Shown here: positions 26,442 through 35,046 of the stretch, one piece after another
Numbering within the stretch: position 1 is the first letter of the stretch
How the letters are laid out: the number at the start of each line of letters is the position of its first letter
From: Candidatus Methylomirabilales bacterium
Lineage (GTDB): Bacteria; Methylomirabilota; Methylomirabilia; Methylomirabilales; CSP1-5
Assembly (NCBI GenBank): GCA_046758505.1
Contig: JBHIAH010000012.1
Location: forward strand, 1-51,599
Direction: 5' to 3'
Length of the DNA: 51,599 nt
Position numbers and translations under genes: made by a program
The notes under the pieces: model-generated
The model's input: only the letters and a program-made list of their open reading frames with translations
Databases searched by the model: none
Told to the model about the DNA's origin: nothing

Positions 26442-27218
26442 TTACTTGAATTCGAAAGCGACGTTGGCCTCGCCCCTAGGAGGAATGGCGACTTCCTGGC
26501 TGACCAGAACGGGCTCTCCGTAGATGGGACGACCATCCTTGTCCGACCCTTTCACCTCCCAGGACTCATGCCACGCCACCACCTTGTACGTCCCCGGCGG
26601 GATATCGGTGACCTTGAAGCGCCCGCGCTCGTCCGTGACCGCGAAGTAGGGATCCGGACGGACCACCATCCAGGCCTTCATGTGGGTGTGGGCATCGCAC
26701 TGGATGTCCATCACCCCGAATCTCTTCTTCCGCCCGAGTCTCTTGATCCGCCGGCTGACATCGAGCACCTGGTCCTGGAGGGGAAGGGCGAGGTTGAAGA
26801 CGGTCCTCTTCGATAGAAACCCGTGGGTGTTGTGGAGGATGGGGTCCGAGTTCCTGACCCTGGTCTTCGTCGCCGCGGTCACCGCCAGCACGTGCGGGAC
26901 GAAGAGACACTTGGTGTTGTCCAGGACCACGGTCTTCTTTTCGATCTTCTTCCCCTTGGCAATCCCCTCGATCCAGATCACCGCGTACCTGACCCCCTTG
27001 TTGGGCCCCAGGACCAGAGCCTCAGAGGCCACGGACTTCCCGCACAGGTCCTGGTTCTTCTTCACCGGGATCGGCGCCAGCTTGGGCGGGGCCCCCACGA
27101 ACTTCACGCTCCCCGTCAGGGTGCCCCCGTCCTTGACCTGGACGACATCATACCCCAAGGCCACGCCGGGGGTCGTCACGGCCAAGGCCACCATCAGACT
27201 CACCACGCATCGCCTCAT
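26442..27218 (-). CDS. Exported cupredoxin-like protein with carboxypeptidase-regulatory-like domain
   Basis: Signal peptide; FVPHV, NSDPILHNTH, CDAHTHM (type-1 Cu-like H/C/H/M) and IPPGTYKVVAWHE. ATG 27218. Confidence 0.8.
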   Translation of the reverse strand: MRRCVVSLMVALAVTTPGVALGYDVVQVKDGGTLTGSVKFVGAPPKLAPIPVKKNQDLCGKSVASEALVLGPNKGVRYAVIWIEGIAKGKKIEKKTVVLDNTKCLFVPHVLAVTAATKTRVRNSDPILHNTHGFLSKRTVFNLALPLQDQVLDVSRRIKRLGRKKRFGVMDIQCDAHTHMKAWMVVRPDPYFAVTDERGRFKVTDIPPGTYKVVAWHESWEVKGSDKDGRPIYGEPVLVSQEVAIPPRGEANVAFEFK

Positions 27219-27282
27219 TGCTGCTTCTCCTCTTAAGCCTCTTCTCCCCGCTCGCCCGAAGTCCGGATAGAGACCCTCCCCA

Positions 27283-28800
27283 TCACTCGAGGAGGAGCTC
27301 TCCCTCCAGGGCCTCCCAGACAGCTTTCCGGGTGACAACGCCAAGAAGACCCCACCACGCCTCGAGAGGGTTCCAGTCGTCGGTGATTGGCAATCCTCCG
27401 TCGTCTCGAAAGGAGAGCTGAACCGCGTACTGAGACCGAGCGGACACGGCCTGGCGCCTGGCGAGATAGAGGAGGTTCCCGAAATTTCCCTCAGGCCGTG
27501 TGGAAAAAACCTGGACCGTGGAGAACACCTGCCTGAGGGTCCGGTAGATCGACCGGGACACCCGGGACCCTTCTCCCTCCTTGAACCCCGTGAGGTTCAG
27601 CATGAAGACTCCGTCCCGGGTGAGGCGACGGGCGATGAGCCCGAAGCTCTCCCGCGTCAGGAGGTGAAAGGGAACGGTTTCGGCGAGGAAAGCGTCCAGG
27701 ATGACCGCGTCATACCGCTCTCGAGTGTCTCTGAGAAAGACCCGCCCATCGGCAATGATGACTCTCCCCGGCCCGGGTCGATACTCGAAGTAGCGGGCGG
27801 CCAGGGCGGGCATCCTGGGGTCGATTTCGACTACGTCAAGTCGAAGCCCGGCGCGGCTCAGCATCCCGGGCAGCACCCCGCCAGCCAGTCCGATGAAGAG
27901 CCCCCGCGCCCCGGTGCCAGGGGGAAAAGTGCCGGTGAGAAGCTCCGCCATGGCCCGGTGGACCTGAAAAACCGAGCGGCGGCTGACCTTTTCCATTCCA
28001 CTCTGGATCGTCCCGTCCACGAGGAGGTAACGACGGTCCTCGAGGTCCACGATGCGGACTTCCCCGTAGTACCCCTGGGAGCTGTACAGGATCCTCCCAT
28101 CCCTCGAAGCTGTGAGAGGAAGAAAAAGAACAAGAACGAGGAGGCTCCAGGGCAGCAGCAAGAAGGCGAACCGGCGCATCCCGGTCCTGAGGAAGGCGAC
28201 GATGGCCAGGAGAACGAGGGCAGAAGAAGCCAGAGCAAAGATCGTCGGAATCTCCACGTTGGGGATCAGCAGGAACCCTGTCCCGAGCGTCCCGAGCACG
28301 CTCCCCACCGTGGAGAGGGCGTAGAGAAATCCACCCGACCGACCCACCTCTGCCAGGCTTCGCGTATAAAGCCGCAGGGTGAGCGGGGTGACCATGCCCA
28401 GCAGGACCAGCGGGACGGCAAAGAGAAGCAGGGCGCTGACGAGCGCGCCCCCGCGGGGCCCTAGATGGGCCATCCCTTCGAGGATCGGGACACGAATCAG
28501 CGGGATGAGGAGAAGCCAGAGCCCCGCGGAGAAGACCACCAACGCCAGGCGGGGCAGGCCCGGGAATCGGTCCGCGACCGCTCCACCGATCCAGTACCCC
28601 GCCGCCAGGGAAAGGAGCGTAACGCTGATCAGAGCCGACCAGACGAAGAGGCCGACTCCGAAGTAGGGCATGATCGCCCGGGCCCCGGCTAGCTCAATAG
28701 TCATCACCGCTGCCCCGCACACGCATGCGGTGAGGGCCAGGAGGAATCCCGGCGCGCTCCTCGCGGAACTAAGGGGAGAGGGCGGATACATCGAGCTCAT
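27283..28800 (-). CDS. Fused MFS-like/spermidine synthase-like protein
   Basis: N-terminal TM block (ELAGAR..GYWIGG..LYALSTVGS), then IGLAGG, VEIDP, DGRVFL and ILDAF..PFHLLT. Confidence 0.88.
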   Translation of the reverse strand: MSSMYPPSPLSSARSAPGFLLALTACVCGAAVMTIELAGARAIMPYFGVGLFVWSALISVTLLSLAAGYWIGGAVADRFPGLPRLALVVFSAGLWLLLIPLIRVPILEGMAHLGPRGGALVSALLLFAVPLVLLGMVTPLTLRLYTRSLAEVGRSGGFLYALSTVGSVLGTLGTGFLLIPNVEIPTIFALASSALVLLAIVAFLRTGMRRFAFLLLPWSLLVLVLFLPLTASRDGRILYSSQGYYGEVRIVDLEDRRYLLVDGTIQSGMEKVSRRSVFQVHRAMAELLTGTFPPGTGARGLFIGLAGGVLPGMLSRAGLRLDVVEIDPRMPALAARYFEYRPGPGRVIIADGRVFLRDTRERYDAVILDAFLAETVPFHLLTRESFGLIARRLTRDGVFMLNLTGFKEGEGSRVSRSIYRTLRQVFSTVQVFSTRPEGNFGNLLYLARRQAVSARSQYAVQLSFRDDGGLPITDDWNPLEAWWGLLGVVTRKAVWEALEGELLLE

Positions 28801-30280
28801 AGAGGGTCATAGCTCCCATGGCCGGGGTCAAGGCGGAAACGCCGCTGAACTCCCGGACAGCCCGAAGCCCGACCCCGGCCGGCGCGGCTCCCTGCAGCAC
28901 AGCCGAAGTCACCAGGACCGTCTGCGGGATCACCGCCAGGGAGTCGAGGGTCGGAACGATCTCGTCTCCCGAGCGGACGCGCTGGACCGTCAGGGCGGGG
29001 AGATAGTAGTCGAAGAGCCGTTTCTCCTCCCCGCCCAGGAGAAGCGTTTCCCCCGGGGGGTAGTGGGTACGGACAAACTCGACGAGCTGGAGAGGAGCGG
29101 GCATGTGGCTCCGTTCCGCTTCAACCGACCGCCACCCCCCGACCGCTAGGGGCATGACGAGGAGGGCTGACACCAAGAGAGGGCCCCACCCCCGCCCGAG
29201 CCTTTCCCCCGCCCGGATCACCCCTCGACTCACGGGGAGCAGGAGGAGCGGAATCAGCGGGAGCAGATGCCGGCCCTTGTCGACGTTCTGCCCGAGCAGA
29301 ACCCAGATGAGGTACGGTGCTCCGGCAGCCAGGAGAAACTTCCCCCACGTCGGTCCCCCGCTTGCGGCCCCCCGCAGCGCGGGACGGAACTGAGACAGAA
29401 GAGTCAGAGCCAGCAGCAGGGAGAGGAGCAGCGCCATCGCCAGCTCGCGCATGGCGTACCCTCCCAGGCCGTAGGCGAAGAGGCTGTGCAGCAAGCGCAG
29501 AGGGCGGCTGACCGGATCGGGGTCTGTGAACAAGGCCCCTCCCCAGTCAGTGAAGTGACCACGGATGAAGCGGAGACTCTCCCGCGCGAAGGGCGACCAC
29601 CCCTCGCGGGCCACTTGCCAGTGAAGCCACAGCGCCACAGCCGCGGTAAAGGCCACCACGGGGCGGATCGTGGCTGGCCAGCTCCACGATCTCTTCAAGC
29701 GCCAGAGGAGGAAGAGCCACGTAAGGGCGAAAGGGAAATAGGAGAGGCGAACGCCGAGGGCCATTCCCAGGGCAACCGAGGCGAGGGAGAAGAGAGCCCA
29801 GCCGTGGCGGTCATCGCGTTCGTACGCCATCCACGCCAGGGCAAGGAAGAGGGTCACAAAAAACGTGCCGGTGGCATCGGACAGGGGCTTTGTGCTGACG
29901 AGCCAGTGAAAGGGGTGAACGCCCAGAAGGAGCACGGTGAGCAGGGCCTCTCTCGATCCGAGCATGCGGGAGGCCAGCGCATAGAGGGGAACCAGGGTCA
30001 AGCCGCCGAAGCACGCGCTGGTCAAGGTCAGGGCCCGGAGATCGTCCTCGAAGATCCTCCATGCCCCCCGAACGATCCAGACAAAGACCGGGTAGCCGGG
30101 AAAGTGAGGTTGAAACTCCGCGAGGGAGTACCAGTGGATCGCCAAGGCGAAATCCACAGCATCCCATTCGCCGAGCCACGGGGCGGCATACAGGGCCCTC
30201 CCCACAACGGCCAAAAGCGCCAGGGAAAGCCCCTTCAGGACCACGTCCTTCAGCGGGCCTGGCTTGGCTCGGCCGGTCAC
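28769..30280 (-). CDS. GT-C membrane glycosyltransferase (family 39/PMT-like)
   Basis: WDAVDF..PHFPGYP loop, multi-TM, LSD, GVR and RHLLP motifs. GTG 30280 overlaps the upstream stop. Confidence 0.75.
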   Translation of the reverse strand: MTGRAKPGPLKDVVLKGLSLALLAVVGRALYAAPWLGEWDAVDFALAIHWYSLAEFQPHFPGYPVFVWIVRGAWRIFEDDLRALTLTSACFGGLTLVPLYALASRMLGSREALLTVLLLGVHPFHWLVSTKPLSDATGTFFVTLFLALAWMAYERDDRHGWALFSLASVALGMALGVRLSYFPFALTWLFLLWRLKRSWSWPATIRPVVAFTAAVALWLHWQVAREGWSPFARESLRFIRGHFTDWGGALFTDPDPVSRPLRLLHSLFAYGLGGYAMRELAMALLLSLLLALTLLSQFRPALRGAASGGPTWGKFLLAAGAPYLIWVLLGQNVDKGRHLLPLIPLLLLPVSRGVIRAGERLGRGWGPLLVSALLVMPLAVGGWRSVEAERSHMPAPLQLVEFVRTHYPPGETLLLGGEEKRLFDYYLPALTVQRVRSGDEIVPTLDSLAVIPQTVLVTSAVLQGAAPAGVGLRAVREFSGVSALTPAMGAMTLYELDVSALSP

Positions 30281-31731
30281 TGACGGGCCGCACTGCCAAC
30301 CCATTCCTCCGCCGCCACGGACTGGATTTCAAGGAGATTCTTCTCCTCCCCTACGCCCAGGACCTCTTCTCGCTTCAGGCTCTCCCCCAGGAGGCGCCTG
30401 GCGGCGAGGATCCCCATCTCCATGGCGCCGTCCATGAAGAGATAGCGGAAGGCTCCCTGCCTCCCCACGCTCATCAGGTTCGGAATCCTATCGAGAGCGC
30501 GCAGCAACCGCTCCCGCAGCTCGCGGTATGTGAGGGAGTACACGGGGTAGGCGTGGGTCGCGCGGGTCGAGAAGGCGTGGATCACACTCCCCCTCAGCGG
30601 GAACCCGATCCGTTCGAGACTCTCAAGCCCCCGAGCGAGGAGCCGGTCATCGGGCGCCCGCCAGGTCTCATCGCCGATCCAGCAGGGGATCTCTAGCATC
30701 AGAGAGCTTTTCCCGGCCGGAGCGTTGAACGGGCTCCGCCGCTTGGGCTCCTGAATGCGAGTCATGAGAGCCCCGGGGTCGGCGACATAGATCCAGGTGT
30801 AGGGGCTCACCTCCTCCTGATCGAGGGGGATATTGAGAAACCGCATCGCCCGGTAGACCAGGGAGTGAGGGGCGAGGTCGAAATCTCCAGGCACGGGCGG
30901 CAAGAAGAGATCGAAGAGATCAGGGAGGGGAATTGTCGAGACAAACCAGCTTCCCTCGACAACGAAGAGCTCGCCGCCCGTCTCGATCCAGACCCGACGG
31001 ATCTCCCACCCCTCCCGCTCGACGGCCTTCACCTTGGTTTGCAAGTAAAGGGTCCCGCCGAGACGCTCTACCTCCCGCCCCATGGCGTCGAAGATCTGGC
31101 CCATCCCCCATTTCGGGTAGAGAAACGTCGGCGCGTAGGTCCGGGGGATCTCCCTTCCGCGTCCAAGGAGATGACGGAGGACGTCCGCCAGGTCGAAGAG
31201 GGAGATGCGCTCGGCCGCCCAATCCGCGGAGATGGAGGACGGGGGAAGCCCCCAGAGCTTCTGCGTATAGGGACCAAAAAACAGGTCGTAGAGCGGCCGC
31301 CCGAAGTGATTGACGACCCACTCCTCGAAGGAGGTCTCGGGGCGCGGGGAGAGGCGGCAGCGGGCCCGACGGTAGAGGTAATCGCCGAGCGCCCGGAGGT
31401 TCACCGCGAGGGGGTTCTTCCTCACGAGGTCAAGGACGGAAAGAGGGTAGTGGAACGTCTTGCCGTTGAGGACGATGACGCTGCGCCGCTCACCCATGAG
31501 CAGATCGTCCCCCAAGAGGCCCTGAATGCGCTGCACCAGCTCCCGGTTCCGGGAGATGAAGCGATGGCCCCCGAGGTCGAACCTGAAGCCCTGGTACTCG
31601 GTCGTCGCGCAGAGACCACCGAGTTTCGACTGGGCCTCGACAACGGTGACCGGAACCCCGCGGCGCGCAAATTCCCAGGCCGCGGAAAGTCCACAGGGTC
31701 CACCTCCGAGGATCACCGCCCGCTCTCTCAT
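30277..31731 (-). CDS. FAD-dependent oxidoreductase (UDP-galactopyranose mutase / protoporphyrinogen oxidase-like)
   Basis: GGGPCGLSAA, GGL, FDLGGHRF, YTQKLWG, AYPVY and GRQGAFRY motifs. Confidence 0.85.
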   Translation of the reverse strand: MRERAVILGGGPCGLSAAWEFARRGVPVTVVEAQSKLGGLCATTEYQGFRFDLGGHRFISRNRELVQRIQGLLGDDLLMGERRSVIVLNGKTFHYPLSVLDLVRKNPLAVNLRALGDYLYRRARCRLSPRPETSFEEWVVNHFGRPLYDLFFGPYTQKLWGLPPSSISADWAAERISLFDLADVLRHLLGRGREIPRTYAPTFLYPKWGMGQIFDAMGREVERLGGTLYLQTKVKAVEREGWEIRRVWIETGGELFVVEGSWFVSTIPLPDLFDLFLPPVPGDFDLAPHSLVYRAMRFLNIPLDQEEVSPYTWIYVADPGALMTRIQEPKRRSPFNAPAGKSSLMLEIPCWIGDETWRAPDDRLLARGLESLERIGFPLRGSVIHAFSTRATHAYPVYSLTYRELRERLLRALDRIPNLMSVGRQGAFRYLFMDGAMEMGILAARRLLGESLKREEVLGVGEEKNLLEIQSVAAEEWVGSAARQ

Positions 31732-33170
31732 CGAACTCCTCTACCCCGCCCGAGGCTCCGAATGTACGCGAGGAGATCGTGGACCTCCTTCTCCCCGAGG
31801 ATCCCTTCCCACGGCGGCATGAGCAGGGATTTGCCCCGTGCCAATCCCCCATGGAGGATGACGGCCTCGAGGTCTTGATCGGTCCGGTTGCCCATGATCC
31901 GAGAATCCTGGAAGTCTCTGGGGCGGGGATCGAGCGAGGCTGCCGTGGGCCCATCTCCCCGTCCCTCCTCCCCATGGCAGACGACACAGTGGATGCCGAA
32001 CAGCGCCCGACCGCGAGCGGGGTCTCCGGCCCCGGGCGCCGGGGGAGGGGAAAGAGCGGCCCGTGGGCGGACCAGCCCCAACTCCCTTCGCTCTCCCGCT
32101 GCGGGCCGGCGAAAGACCAGACGAATCACATCCGAGAAGTTGTGGTAGACGGAGGCATCGAAGACGGCAATGCCGAAGAACTGCTCTGCTCCCCGGCCCG
32201 GGTGGAACTGCACGTCGTCAGCATCGCCGGTGCGAAGCCGCCGCTTCAGCTCCAACGTCCAGACCCCGCCGGCGTACCGGCCGACCCCCTCCACATGGCC
32301 GCGCATGTCGGGAGGAACCTCAGGCGGCAGGAGGATCCCCGCCACCCGGTCCCCGGCCTTGAAGGCGATCTCCTCCACGGGGGCGAGAGAGTCAGGCCCC
32401 GTCACCCGGATATAGGGGGCGTGAAGATCGCCCCCGGCCTGAGGGTTGGGGGCATACATGGGCCGATCCTCAGTGACGGGGTCCAGGTTGAACTCGAAGA
32501 TGTCCGGGCTCCGGTCCAGGCCGTCGGGGGAGCGGCCGATGGGCTTCTCCCCGGGCCGCTCTTCTACGAATTTCTCGAAGTCGATGTGGCTGATCCGCCC
32601 GTCTTTGACCCACTTGAACGGTGCCGTCTCAGCGGCCCGCCACTCCCAGTGGTCCACCGTCATCCCCGCTTTTTCCGTCCACATGTCATGCGGGGCGAGG
32701 CCATCGATCTCCGGATAGCTGGAGAGATGGCAGAGGGCCCGGCAGCCGATGAGAGGGAAAAGGCGGCTTCCGGCGTTCCAGTTGACGGCGAAGGCATCGT
32801 CGGCGATCTCTCGCTCCTCGTGCCACTCCTCGCCGTCGAAGACCCATGGCTTGTACTCGAGGCTCTGGGTTGGGTCCCGCCAGCGGGCCAGCAGGAAGAA
32901 CTGCCGAAATGTGTACAGAGCGCGAAGCTCGACCTCCATGATCCGCCGGTTCCCAAACTTCTTGATCGGAAAGGCCTTCACGCTGAGAGGAGCGGCCTTT
33001 TCCCAGACCTTGTCCATCTCCCCATCGATCACCGGCTTGCGTAGGGTCCGGGAGGCCACGAGCTCGAGATATGAGGTCCTGCGGGGCGGCGGAATCTCGC
33101 CGCCTCTGGCGGCTACGAGCCCCACGCCCAGGATGGAAAGGAGCGCCAGGAGCGCGGCGATCTGTTTCAC
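31728..33170 (-). CDS. Exported EB_dh-domain protein with C-terminal cytochrome c
   Basis: Signal peptide from GTG 33170; PVIDG, RWRDPT, GCRALCH (CX3CH), DHWEWRA, WTLELKR; C-terminal CVVCH..MPPW. Confidence 0.8.
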   Translation of the reverse strand: MKQIAALLALLSILGVGLVAARGGEIPPPRRTSYLELVASRTLRKPVIDGEMDKVWEKAAPLSVKAFPIKKFGNRRIMEVELRALYTFRQFFLLARWRDPTQSLEYKPWVFDGEEWHEEREIADDAFAVNWNAGSRLFPLIGCRALCHLSSYPEIDGLAPHDMWTEKAGMTVDHWEWRAAETAPFKWVKDGRISHIDFEKFVEERPGEKPIGRSPDGLDRSPDIFEFNLDPVTEDRPMYAPNPQAGGDLHAPYIRVTGPDSLAPVEEIAFKAGDRVAGILLPPEVPPDMRGHVEGVGRYAGGVWTLELKRRLRTGDADDVQFHPGRGAEQFFGIAVFDASVYHNFSDVIRLVFRRPAAGERRELGLVRPRAALSPPPAPGAGDPARGRALFGIHCVVCHGEEGRGDGPTAASLDPRPRDFQDSRIMGNRTDQDLEAVILHGGLARGKSLLMPPWEGILGEKEVHDLLAYIRSLGRGRGVR

Positions 33171-33180
33171 GCTCGCCGCC

Positions 33181-35046
33181 TCACTCGATCCATGACCGAG
33201 GCGCGACGCCAATGGCGTCGTAGAGGAAGCGGATGATCTTCCAGATCTCGTCATCGCTCAGGTCGTCCTTCCATCTCGGCATGGCGGAGTCCCAGGGCCG
33301 CGACGGCGGCGGCAAGCCCCGTCCCCCCTCCCTGATCCGCCAGAAGGCATAGGACTCGTGGAGCTGAGCGAGGCGCTCCGGGTGGGTCAGGTCGGCCGGC
33401 CGGGGCTCCAGGGCGTCGGCAAACAGGCCGCGACCGTCCAGTGCGTCCCCGTGGCAGAAGACGCAGTTCTTGAAGTAGAGCGTGTTCCCCTGCCTGACGA
33501 TCTCGGGCGTGTCCGGCAGCGGATTTTCCAGCGCCACGTATTCGGCCGGGAGCTCCGGGTGAACCAGGCGGGGACCCTCCTCCGGGGCTCTCTGGTCGGC
33601 CCCTCCAACGAGGAGGAGCCAGTGCCAGGTGCTGAGGCTCCCCTTCTCCCACCGCTCACTCGCGGATCCGTCCCAGACATAGAACCCGATGGGGATAGCC
33701 TTGCCCTTGCTGAACCGGGCATCGGGCGCTTTCCCGGTGGGGCTCAGCCTCCGTCCCATCACCACAGACCACCGACCGTTCCGGTACGCGCTGCTCCCCC
33801 ACAACCCCTTCCTGCGGGACGGCAAGGGCTTCTGGGTCCCGAGACCATGAGCGGAGTATTCCTTGACGGAAGCCCGGCCTGCCTCCCAGTGCCAGAGAAT
33901 GACAGGCCATCGGGGGTCCCCCAGCAGGAAGTACGGTTTGCCCGTTGCCTCCGAGCGGCCGGAAGGGAACTGGATAGCCACCGCGTCGTTGAAGCTTCCG
34001 TCTTGCCCCGTGACGAGGCTCCGCGTCCCGTCATCCCACTGGAGGAGAAAGGCAATCTGCTGAGAGTTGTAAAGGGCCCGGACCGTCAGGGAGGTGACAG
34101 AGGGCGTATGAAGGCGAGGGCGCTGGACAACCTGGCCGGCCAGCCGCAGTTCCACCGCCTCAGCGCTCTCCCAGTGGGGATCTTGGGGACTCCTCGGGAG
34201 GGGCCCCGGCAGGGCCCTTGCGCGGATAAGCGTTCGGCCCTCGGATAGCGGTCGATCCACCGAGCGGGAGGAGACGTAGTAGGCAAGCTGCCACCGCTCC
34301 TCCTCGCTGAGGCTGTCCTCAAAGGAGGGCATCGGAGTCCCGTCAAGACCCGTCGTGAAGGCCCGGTAGATGTCCTCGACCCCACTCCCACCACGGTAGC
34401 TCCTCCGTCGGGTGAGGTTTCCGGGTCGGATCGGGACCTCCCAGTCATCTTTCAGAGTGGGAGCCGACGGGCCATCTCCCCGCCCCTCCTCTCCGTGGCA
34501 CTCCCAGCATTTCATCTTCCGGTAGATCTCGCCCCCCTTGGACACGGCCTGCTCGCTGAACGGGATAGGCGACCCGAGGGAGGCCCGCTCGGGAGGGAGC
34601 TCCTCTTCAAACAGCTCTGAGAACGATTTGATATACCGAACCAGCTCCCAGCGCTCAGCCTCCGAGAGCTTCTCCCAGCCCGGCATGGCGCTCCCCGGCA
34701 TCCCCCGGGTGATCGTCCGGAACAGGTCCTCATCCGTGGGAACCTCTCCGCTGGTCGTCGTTCTGATCTTGAAGACCCCCGTGGTGAAGTCGCGGGGCCG
34801 GGGGGAGAGCAAGTCCGCCGCCGGGCCATCCCCTCTCCCTTCCTGGCCGTGGCAGCCGGCGCAGTAGCGGTCGTAGAGGGCCTTCCCCTCTGGGGGTTGC
34901 CCTTGAGCCCGTGCCGGTCGGACGGCGAACGGGCTCACGATCAGGAACACGCTCAGGGCGAACAGGAGAAGACCCCTGACTCTGGGGCCCCTGGATCTTG
35001 GGATCAACGACACCTCCAAGAGGACGACCCCGGGGGGAGGTGTCAC
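33181..35046 (-). CDS. Triheme cytochrome c with central EB_dh domain
   Basis: GTG 35046 overlaps the upstream stop (exact start uncertain). Signal/TM, CAGCH, CWECH, EB_dh (WDDG..DAVAIQFP..WHWEA..WDGS), then CVFCH..PWDSAMP. Confidence 0.87.
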   Translation of the reverse strand: MTPPPGVVLLEVSLIPRSRGPRVRGLLLFALSVFLIVSPFAVRPARAQGQPPEGKALYDRYCAGCHGQEGRGDGPAADLLSPRPRDFTTGVFKIRTTTSGEVPTDEDLFRTITRGMPGSAMPGWEKLSEAERWELVRYIKSFSELFEEELPPERASLGSPIPFSEQAVSKGGEIYRKMKCWECHGEEGRGDGPSAPTLKDDWEVPIRPGNLTRRRSYRGGSGVEDIYRAFTTGLDGTPMPSFEDSLSEEERWQLAYYVSSRSVDRPLSEGRTLIRARALPGPLPRSPQDPHWESAEAVELRLAGQVVQRPRLHTPSVTSLTVRALYNSQQIAFLLQWDDGTRSLVTGQDGSFNDAVAIQFPSGRSEATGKPYFLLGDPRWPVILWHWEAGRASVKEYSAHGLGTQKPLPSRRKGLWGSSAYRNGRWSVVMGRRLSPTGKAPDARFSKGKAIPIGFYVWDGSASERWEKGSLSTWHWLLLVGGADQRAPEEGPRLVHPELPAEYVALENPLPDTPEIVRQGNTLYFKNCVFCHGDALDGRGLFADALEPRPADLTHPERLAQLHESYAFWRIREGGRGLPPPSRPWDSAMPRWKDDLSDDEIWKIIRFLYDAIGVAPRSWIE

